64,000 nt of DNA from an uncultured Mycoplasmatota bacterium (GTDB lineage: Bacteria > Bacillota_I > Bacilli_A > RF39 > UBA660), in NCBI GenBank assembly GCA_900545005.1, contig UQXO01000002.1, positions 1,901 to 65,900 on the forward strand, in the 5' to 3' direction. Positions 54,163 through 62,065 of this stretch are shown in pieces. How positions within the stretch are numbered: the first letter of the stretch is position 1; every line of letters begins with the position of its first letter. The notes beneath the pieces were generated by a model. It made no database searches and was not told where the DNA came from. It saw only the letters and a list, made by a program, of their open reading frames with translations. The position numbers and the translations under genes were made by a program.

Positions 54163-55233
54163 ATGAAGAAAAAAGTGCAAAAATTAGCAGTGTTAAGCTT
54201 AGCTAGTATGACTTTACTTAGTGGTTGTGGCACCAAAAAAATCCCAACTCTAGAAAATGGAGAACAAGCTATTGTCTCATTTAAGGATGATGTGAAAATT
54301 AGTATTAATGATTTTTATAATCAAATGAAGGATAAATATGGTACAGAAGTTCTTCTTAATATGATTGATAAATTAGTATTAGAGAAGAAATACAGCGATT
54401 ATACAGAGGAAGCTAAAAAGAATGCTGAATCGGTAATGACTCAATTAAAGGCTAGTTATAAAGATAATCTGCTTTCGGCTATTCAGACTTATACTGGGTA
54501 TCAAACTTTAGAGGAATATCAAGACTATGTTTATTTAAGTAATCTTCAAAGTAAAGCCGCTGAGGACTATGCAAAGAAGAATATTTCGGAAAAAGAGATC
54601 AAGAAATATTATAAAGATGAAATTAAGCCGGATATTAAAGTATCGCAAATATTATTTAGTGTAAACTATGCTAAGGATGCTTCCGATGATGATAAGACTA
54701 AGGCTAAAGATGAAGCTAAAGCTAAAGCTCAAGAAGCTCTTGATAAGTTAAAAGCTGCTGATCAAAGTAAGATTAGTGAAGCATTTAGCAATTTAGCTAA
54801 AGAATATTCTAATGATGATTCATCTAAAGATAATGGTGGAGATTTAGGATACATTAATACGGATACTCTAGGTTCTAACTATGATAATTTAGTAACAGAA
54901 GCATATAAGCTAAAAGATGGTGAATATTCTACTAATATTGTGGAAACTGAATTAGGATATCATTTAGTACTTCGTACAGAAACTAAAGAAAAAGCTGATT
55001 TAGAATCTGTTCGTGATAAGATTGTTGATGCTTTAGTTAGTGAATATCTAAATAATAATAAAGATGCCTACATTAAATCTATGCAAGAAGTTCGAAAAGA
55101 ATATGGTATGGATATTGTTGATGATGATTTAAGTAAGAATTATACTAATTATATTCAAAATTCTTTATTAAAGATTCAAGAAAATAAAAATTCTAGTTCA
55201 TCGAACACTAGTTCATCAAACAGTAAAAAATAA
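54163..55233 (+). CDS. prsA: foldase lipoprotein PrsA (parvulin-type peptidyl-prolyl isomerase)
   Basis: Lipobox LLSGCG, SurA-N-like region, DNGGDLGYI and GYHLV parvulin motifs, and a Ser-rich tail. Confidence 0.85.
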   Translation: MKKKVQKLAVLSLASMTLLSGCGTKKIPTLENGEQAIVSFKDDVKISINDFYNQMKDKYGTEVLLNMIDKLVLEKKYSDYTEEAKKNAESVMTQLKASYKDNLLSAIQTYTGYQTLEEYQDYVYLSNLQSKAAEDYAKKNISEKEIKKYYKDEIKPDIKVSQILFSVNYAKDASDDDKTKAKDEAKAKAQEALDKLKAADQSKISEAFSNLAKEYSNDDSSKDNGGDLGYINTDTLGSNYDNLVTEAYKLKDGEYSTNIVETELGYHLVLRTETKEKADLESVRDKIVDALVSEYLNNNKDAYIKSMQEVRKEYGMDIVDDDLSKNYTNYIQNSLLKIQENKNSSSSNTSSSNSKK

Positions 55234-55276
55234 AAAATCTATCTATGGGATATAATCCTATAGATAGATTTTTTTC
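55234..55276 (+). terminator. rho-independent terminator of prsA
   Basis: 14-bp stem ATCTATCTATGGGA tataa TCCTATAGATAGAT followed by TTTTTTT. Confidence 0.85.
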
Positions 55277-55426
55277 AAGTTTTAAAAGGAGAAAAGTTCA
55301 TCATAATAACAAGATGAACCCTTCATTTTGCATTTCGCACAGTAAAAACTATCAATTCAAAAGCATAAAAAGGCTTTTGCATTTGGCAATCTTCACCCAA
55401 CTAAAATGCACGCGACAAATTAACAC

Positions 55427-55450
55427 TCAGAGAACAAGACTGTTCTCTGA
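55427..55450 (-). terminator. strong hairpin about 40 nt downstream of the ProA-like gene (possible operon terminator)
   Basis: Perfect 10-bp stem TCAGAGAACA / TGTTCTCTGA with a 4-nt loop; only a partial U-tract follows on the minus strand. Confidence 0.45.
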
Positions 55451-55491
55451 TAAAAGTATAACATAAATCATTTAGAAAATACAACATCTTT

Positions 55492-56451
55492 TTATCTTGG
55501 GTAACAAATTGTTTTTTCAAGACTTAAATCACTAACTTTAATATCCATTAGTTCTTCAATATTAGGACTTGCATTAACACTAATCATTTTAGATTTAACA
55601 TTTCTAATGAACTGGGAAGCTTTTTTAGAATCACTAGTAAAGATACTACTAGCATATAAGGAGCCATTATAATTAATCATTTTGATTGCTTCTTCTAAGC
55701 CACTTACTTTAATAGCATCGATATCCATATTTATATCTTCCTTAAGGTAAATAGTTAAATTTAATCCGAGACTAAGAATTTTTTTAATAAACTCTGCATT
55801 TATTATTTCATCTATATAAATATCATAGTTTAAATAGCCACTTGTAAGTACGGGTACTTTAGATTTTTCTATAATAGACCTTTGATAATCACGGGGACCA
55901 ATTACAATATTCAAATCAATATTAGCGTATTCTTCTAATACCTTAGAGGAATCATCGGTCACAAACAAGTTTAAGTAATCTGGACTTAAGTCATTAGACT
56001 TTAATACTTCTTTTATTATAGTTACTAAAAGATTATTAGAGCCATACATATAACCATTGCTAACGATAATAGAGGTATTACCAACTAGAAAATTCTTTAA
56101 GAATATTTCTAATAGACAATAGAAGTTACCTTCATTAAAGATTAAAACATTACCACGATTTAGATATTCTTTTCCATAGATTTTAGTCTCGTCTTTACTA
56201 GAAGTTATTACTTTTCCATAGATAATATTCTCTTTTTGAAGATTTTTAAATATATTAGTTATTATATTCTTATCAAGGGGAAAGCCGTTATGATTCTTTA
56301 GATCAATTTTATTTGCTTCCCTAAATTTTTCATAATTAATTAAAATACTATTTTCAATATCTTTTAAGACTTTTAAAATTATTTTAGCATTAAGATTATT
56401 ATTTATTAGAATAACTTGATTTATTATATTACTTATATTCTTATCTTCCAT
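55492..56451 (-). CDS. gamma-glutamyl-phosphate reductase (ProA)-like protein lacking the catalytic-Cys segment
   Basis: Colinear with ProA blocks: REANKIDLKN, VGNTSIIVSNG (GNAxxLRG block), IDLNIVIGPRDYQRSI (DxxIPRGG block), VPVLTSGYLNYDIYIDE, SSIFTSDSKKASQFIRNV..VNAS. It is 319 aa versus about 415, and the xxVCNAxE region is absent. Confidence 0.6.
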   Translation of the reverse strand: MEDKNISNIINQVILINNNLNAKIILKVLKDIENSILINYEKFREANKIDLKNHNGFPLDKNIITNIFKNLQKENIIYGKVITSSKDETKIYGKEYLNRGNVLIFNEGNFYCLLEIFLKNFLVGNTSIIVSNGYMYGSNNLLVTIIKEVLKSNDLSPDYLNLFVTDDSSKVLEEYANIDLNIVIGPRDYQRSIIEKSKVPVLTSGYLNYDIYIDEIINAEFIKKILSLGLNLTIYLKEDINMDIDAIKVSGLEEAIKMINYNGSLYASSIFTSDSKKASQFIRNVKSKMISVNASPNIEELMDIKVSDLSLEKTICYPR

Positions 56452-59400
56452 ATTTACTACCTCCTATCTCTTTTATATCCATACTAGTATTATAGATTTC
56501 TAATTGTTCCTTACTTAATCTTGAAGAATCGATTATTCTTGTCTTTGCTATTTGCTTTAGAGCTAAATAAACTTGTAAACAAATAACATCAGTTATATCA
56601 ATTTCTTTATTTAGACCAATATTTTTATTATAAAGAATATCTCCTAGTCTTATAGTTGTATCATCATAGTCATAGATAATAGCTATATTAGCATTAAGAA
56701 TAACTCTTATCGTACTAGGATTTAAATTATAATGTCTAGCTAAACTGGTCATTATATCAGATTCTTCATATGATGTTAACCGCGTTAAAAGATGATTTTT
56801 ATCTTGTTTAGTTAATAATTCTAAACGTTCTAAATGATAAAGAATATCTTTCGTAAAAGTAGTACTATCATAGACTTGATACTCATCATTATGAACTGGT
56901 AAAGCTTCTTTAGAAGTCTCATCTTTAGATATTTTTCCTTCTAGAATATATTGGGTAATAGAGTCATTAGTATAAAGACCTCTTTTTAATTTAACAGGAG
57001 GAATATAATCTAAGGGTTTTGCTATTCTTCCTGTATCTAAGATAGCATTATTCTTAATAGAAGATGCTATATCATTATATCCTAATCCTACGGTTACTTT
57101 AGATAGTTTTAAAGAGTTATATTCTTCTAGAGTTATTTCTTTATTTGCTAACATCTTTTGATAAACTTCTTCATCTTTCTTAATTAATTCTTTAGAAGCC
57201 ATCTTATAGATTTGATAAACTTCATCAGTAAATTCTTCCCTAGGTATTTCGGCTCTTTGGAAAGCTTTATCGGGAATTTCAATATTATCAAAACATAATG
57301 TATTACCGCGACGCCATACCCAAGACTGAGCCACAACATTTCCTAAGTGGTCTTTAATAACAAAGATGCGACCATCAGGACTAGTCATCGAGTGTTCCAT
57401 ACATACTTCAGCCGCATTACCAATCTCTTGACAGCAATCAGTCAAAGTACCAATAGCAAGCGCTAAAGGATCATCTAATCTTAAAATCTCATAATGATAT
57501 TTGGTGTTGTCCCCTTCTACTCTAGGGATACTGCTTTTAGTTCTTTGTTTGCCATAATTATATATTTGTTGGAGAATATTAAAATCTTGTTCACTATAAC
57601 CAGCTAAAGAAGCAACGGAGGCCATTTCTTCATTACCAACTTCAACATTCTCATAACTATATTTTTTAGCAAAATTAAGAGCTAAATCCCAAGTTAAATG
57701 ACGATTGCTATTAATGATTTTAATTTCTTTAAATTGTTTTTGCACTGATGCTAAGTATTTTTTATTTTCATCATCTTGGAAAATAGATTCCAAATTAGTG
57801 AGGAAAAACTCGCGAAAATCGGGGTCATATTCAAGTTTAAAGCCTCCAAATAATTGATGTGCTAGTTTACTACTCATAATATTTAGTTCAGGAAATTTAC
57901 CTAGAGTTTCTTTTAGAAGGGCTATACTCTTGGGATATTTTTGCTGATCGATAGTTAAAACATAGGTATTATCTTCACTCTTCCTATAAAGACTTTGAAA
58001 AATATGGTCTTTATCTAAAGGTGTATCTTCTGCATTAATGGCTTGATAAAGACTTGGAATATCTCCTCTTTGAAAAAACGTATTACTATCAATTTTACCC
58101 GCTATAGCCATATCTAACCGTTCTAGGGCATAACCAATATCTTTATTTATCTTCGTAGGTAACTTAGTTAATAAATCAATACATTCTTTAAATCCGCGGG
58201 TATCATTATCAAATGCTCCAAAAGAATAAGCTATTTTTAGCATAGCTTCCCGACCTTCGGCTTCTTGGGCAAATTCACCAATCTTCATGAGCTTGCTCCA
58301 CTTAACTCCTGCGGTTAAAAATTTATCAATTTCTCTTTCGGGAAAATTTTGCATAACTACATAATCAGGAATAAAGGTTTGACCGGTTTTAGCATACCAA
58401 TTTTTCATAACTAAGACTTGACGATCTTTAAGCATTTTAGAAACGGTCTGGGTCTTTTTAATTCCTAATAACAAGGCTTTTTCCCTGCCAAAATTATGAA
58501 AATATTCAATCAAGCTTTCTTTTGGATACTCTTGGGAACGAATTAAAGAACTTAATATATCTTTTCCTTCTAAGAAAGGCAACCAATCTTTAGCATAAAC
58601 TGATAATATCTCAAAGTCTAACCCTCCATAAAAGTAGATTTTTAAATGTTCCGGAGCTTCATTACTTAGGAATAATTCAGGATGTTGTTCTTTTAAGAAG
58701 ATGGGAGCTTCTTCAGGTTCAAATTTATAACCTTGATTTTTAACTTCATCAAGAATGATAGATTCTAAGGATTTAGTTAAAGTATCATAAGAAGTTAGAG
58801 CATCTTTAGGAAGCAATCCGATCGTTTGGGATAAAAATTTACCATAAGTAGTACAAAGTCTTAAGAAATCTTTAGTACCTAACTTATCTAAATAAATTTG
58901 TTCTTCAGGTTTACCACTGAAATTATAATTCTTTTTTCGAAAAGCAACATAAAGATTCTTATGTTCTAAGACTTTAGAAATCTCAGGATTTAAGAAGATA
59001 TCATTATACTCTAGTTTACCGGCATAGAAGGCTTTAATTATGCTTTTTTTAGTATTATCGTATAAGAAAGGTAATTCTTCTGGACTTAAAAAGATATCAG
59101 GATGTTCTAAGAAGAAAGTTTTATCTTGACTTAAATATGCATAAGAATAATAATTCTTTCCCGTTAAAATTTCATAATAGATATAATTTCTAATGATTCT
59201 ATCGACATCGTTTTTAGAAGTACTCATCGTAAAGGGTTGATAGTTAATAGTTTTAGGAAGATATTCGCCATAGGCTTTCATTAAATCTAAAAGAGCTTTA
59301 CGACCAAAAGAATTAGTATAATAAGTACAAAAGGACATATTAAGATTTTGTAATATAAAGTCATCAGGAAATAAATTTCCTAAATCCATATCTAAAAGAT

Positions 59401-61048
59401 AACTTATATACTGAGGATGAGTTCGAACATAAGAAAAATCAATCTTATTATGATAAAAGGCTTTTATTAATTCTTGAGGGCAAGTTTCCTTAATAAATAT
59501 ATCTTTAAAGTCTTTTCGAAAAGAACCATTAATAAAGCTATAATCGGCATAATCAGTAAAATAATTATATTTACGCATTTCATTGAGACATTTAGCCAAG
59601 AATTCTCTAAACTCGGAATAAGTCATCTTGGGGATGGTTTTCTCTTCCCAATTATTCTTGAGATAAGAGGAAAAAGCTTCAAAGAATTCAAAAGGACGAT
59701 GATTATCTTCTTGATGAGTAAAAATACCCGTTTCTTTTTCTAACAGGAAGAGATTATTTAAGCCAACTTGATTAATTAAGTGATTTTGATAATAGTCTAA
59801 AAGACAAGTTTTGTCATCTAAATTTTTTAAATCGGTAAATGAATGAAGAGAACCAACTACTTTGGTAAACATTTCAGTTAACCACTCCGGCACTTTAGTT
59901 TCTGGAGAAAAACTCTTATTTCTTAAGTAAATACTCATAGCTTCTTTAAAACCGGCAACTGGTTCTTTCGAGGCTGTTAAACGGAGATTAACATTAAAGT
60001 CTTCTCCACTAAGATGTCTAATGACATGAGGATAAGCTTTGTAAATCTCTTGAAAAGCATATTTGCCAAAGAAATTATTTAATTTAACAACTAAACTTTC
60101 TGGTTTAGCAAAACTACTAAGAGGTAAATCTTTAAAAAGGGAATAATTATCAATTATATCTAAAGTAGTTAATTTTCTTTCATAATATCTAGTTCTTAAA
60201 CTCTCTTCCATCTCTATCTTCATCTTAAAGATATCCTCATTAGCAAGAATAAACTTTTCGGGAAACTGAGTCTTAGTAGTTATACTTAAAGAAATAGGAT
60301 TATACATATTAGTAGGATATAACAATTCTTCACGGACCACTTGATAAATATTACTAATTAACTTTTCGGGACTACTATCGATAGTATTAATTTTTTTAAT
60401 AGCATCCGTCATCTTGATTAGATTTAAAAGTTTCTTAATATCTTCATAATCACTAGGAAAATTCTTATAAAGATTGACAACATTCTTAAGTCCTAAAACT
60501 TTAATAGGCGTCTCATCACCTATAATATGACTATAAAGGTCTTTATTTGTCTCTAATTCTTCTAAAGAATCTGGGGCTAGATTGACTAAATCGGCTAGAG
60601 TAATATCATCTTGATACCATTTATCTTGAAATTCTTTAGGAATTTTTTTACTCAAAAAATAATCTTTATGGGTACGTACTACCTCCTCATCTAAGTAATC
60701 AGGACTTACCTCTCCTTTTGAACTCGTAATATTTTTAAGATTACATCCTTTAAAATTAACATTTCCATAGACTTCAACCATCTTAAAATCAATATTAGCC
60801 TTGCTTTTAGATAAGTCTAAAACTTTACCATCTGGCGCTAATAAGCTTATTCCCTCATATAGATTAAAAGGAATAGAGCTTAAATCATAAGAAAATAATT
60901 CTTCTTCTACCTTTAAATACTTTGCAATACTTGCTTTTTGGAAAGCTAATTTTTCTTCAGATGATAAATTAGCAATTTTTTGGGAAAAGCTAGTTATAAT
61001 CGCCGCTAATTGTTGTTTATAGGCTTTAAATTCTTCAATAGTTAACAT
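56441..61048 (-). CDS. 1,535-aa cytoplasmic modular protein, unknown function
   Basis: No signal peptide or TM helix. About five internal modules sharing hP(D/E)xF(L/I)..P.ELK..FY..KL...DI and FG+kALLdLmkaYG.yL motifs. Cys/His cluster LTDCCQEIGNAAEVCMEHS near residue 1204. Confidence 0.75.
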   Translation of the reverse strand: MLTIEEFKAYKQQLAAIITSFSQKIANLSSEEKLAFQKASIAKYLKVEEELFSYDLSSIPFNLYEGISLLAPDGKVLDLSKSKANIDFKMVEVYGNVNFKGCNLKNITSSKGEVSPDYLDEEVVRTHKDYFLSKKIPKEFQDKWYQDDITLADLVNLAPDSLEELETNKDLYSHIIGDETPIKVLGLKNVVNLYKNFPSDYEDIKKLLNLIKMTDAIKKINTIDSSPEKLISNIYQVVREELLYPTNMYNPISLSITTKTQFPEKFILANEDIFKMKIEMEESLRTRYYERKLTTLDIIDNYSLFKDLPLSSFAKPESLVVKLNNFFGKYAFQEIYKAYPHVIRHLSGEDFNVNLRLTASKEPVAGFKEAMSIYLRNKSFSPETKVPEWLTEMFTKVVGSLHSFTDLKNLDDKTCLLDYYQNHLINQVGLNNLFLLEKETGIFTHQEDNHRPFEFFEAFSSYLKNNWEEKTIPKMTYSEFREFLAKCLNEMRKYNYFTDYADYSFINGSFRKDFKDIFIKETCPQELIKAFYHNKIDFSYVRTHPQYISYLLDMDLGNLFPDDFILQNLNMSFCTYYTNSFGRKALLDLMKAYGEYLPKTINYQPFTMSTSKNDVDRIIRNYIYYEILTGKNYYSYAYLSQDKTFFLEHPDIFLSPEELPFLYDNTKKSIIKAFYAGKLEYNDIFLNPEISKVLEHKNLYVAFRKKNYNFSGKPEEQIYLDKLGTKDFLRLCTTYGKFLSQTIGLLPKDALTSYDTLTKSLESIILDEVKNQGYKFEPEEAPIFLKEQHPELFLSNEAPEHLKIYFYGGLDFEILSVYAKDWLPFLEGKDILSSLIRSQEYPKESLIEYFHNFGREKALLLGIKKTQTVSKMLKDRQVLVMKNWYAKTGQTFIPDYVVMQNFPEREIDKFLTAGVKWSKLMKIGEFAQEAEGREAMLKIAYSFGAFDNDTRGFKECIDLLTKLPTKINKDIGYALERLDMAIAGKIDSNTFFQRGDIPSLYQAINAEDTPLDKDHIFQSLYRKSEDNTYVLTIDQQKYPKSIALLKETLGKFPELNIMSSKLAHQLFGGFKLEYDPDFREFFLTNLESIFQDDENKKYLASVQKQFKEIKIINSNRHLTWDLALNFAKKYSYENVEVGNEEMASVASLAGYSEQDFNILQQIYNYGKQRTKSSIPRVEGDNTKYHYEILRLDDPLALAIGTLTDCCQEIGNAAEVCMEHSMTSPDGRIFVIKDHLGNVVAQSWVWRRGNTLCFDNIEIPDKAFQRAEIPREEFTDEVYQIYKMASKELIKKDEEVYQKMLANKEITLEEYNSLKLSKVTVGLGYNDIASSIKNNAILDTGRIAKPLDYIPPVKLKRGLYTNDSITQYILEGKISKDETSKEALPVHNDEYQVYDSTTFTKDILYHLERLELLTKQDKNHLLTRLTSYEESDIMTSLARHYNLNPSTIRVILNANIAIIYDYDDTTIRLGDILYNKNIGLNKEIDITDVICLQVYLALKQIAKTRIIDSSRLSKEQLEIYNTSMDIKEIGGSKYGR

Positions 61049-61077
61049 ACATACTCCTTTATTATAAGTTTATCTTA

Positions 61078-61851
61078 TCACAAATCACTTGCTCCGACTA
61101 GAGTTTTTACTTTCTCTAAATTATATCCTTTCTTTAAAAGTTTACCCACTAAAATATAGTTTAACTTTCTAGAATCATACTTATTCTTATACTTATTATA
61201 TAACTTAGTATATTCCTTCTTTAGATTAGCTTCTTCTTTAGAGTTATCTACCTTAATCGTTATTAACACCTGATTAATAAGATAATCCGGGTACCCAAGA
61301 TTTTTTAAATAATTTTTTAATTTCATAATTACCATATTCTTACTATCTTTAGAATTAGTCTTTAACTTCGTATTTACTATTCTTTTTATCTTTTCTAACC
61401 AGGTATCATCAGTAATTAAGTCTAGTTCTTCTTTAATACTTATCTTATCTAAGTCTTTATTCTGAAGATAATTATAAATCTTATAGTACCCATCATTACT
61501 TAAAAGAACCTTAGTATTTATATAAGATTTAATGTAGTTATTATCATCTAAATATCTTTCTTTTTTAAGTCTATCAATTACATAATTACTTAAGGAAGAA
61601 TCATAGGCTTTTAGATACTCTTTAACATCTTTAGTACATTTTATACTCTTTAAATACTTTAAAGTCTTATAATAAAGCTCTAACTTTAGATTATCTTTTT
61701 TTATTGCTTCTAAAGTATTCTTATCTATTTCTTTTAGAATTAATAAATTGTATTTTAAAATTAAATCACTATATAGGGAAATACTTTCTTGATTTTCTAA
61801 GAGAATATTATATTTATTAGCACTCTTCTTCGTATATTTTATTATTTTCAT
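61078..61851 (-). CDS. recX: RecX-like regulatory protein
   Basis: Three-helix-repeat pattern: ALKYLKSIKCTKDVKEYL, VIDRLKKERYLDDNNYIKSYI, YKIYNYLQNKDLDK. Call based on overall resemblance only. Confidence 0.55.
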   Translation of the reverse strand: MKIIKYTKKSANKYNILLENQESISLYSDLILKYNLLILKEIDKNTLEAIKKDNLKLELYYKTLKYLKSIKCTKDVKEYLKAYDSSLSNYVIDRLKKERYLDDNNYIKSYINTKVLLSNDGYYKIYNYLQNKDLDKISIKEELDLITDDTWLEKIKRIVNTKLKTNSKDSKNMVIMKLKNYLKNLGYPDYLINQVLITIKVDNSKEEANLKKEYTKLYNKYKNKYDSRKLNYILVGKLLKKGYNLEKVKTLVGASDL

Positions 61852-62065
61852 AAGTCACCTCTTATTCTAAAGTACCACACTCTTTTGGAAATTTAAAGAT
61901 TTTTAATATCCTAAGTATTGTTATAGTATGCTTTTCATGTGTAGTCACATAATAACTCAATTCTAATCATTTGTCCAGCCCTAAATAGGATTTTTTTAAA
62001 GTTTTTTCAAAGTTATCTAAAAGCAATTTTTAAAAAAAGAAAAAGCCCTAGTATAAGGCTTAATC

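Noticed and set aside
55245-55466. 73-aa plus-strand ORF after prsA
   Set aside because: Its start codon lies within the prsA terminator stem, it has no SD, and it is basic and low-complexity. I treated the region as non-coding structured DNA instead.
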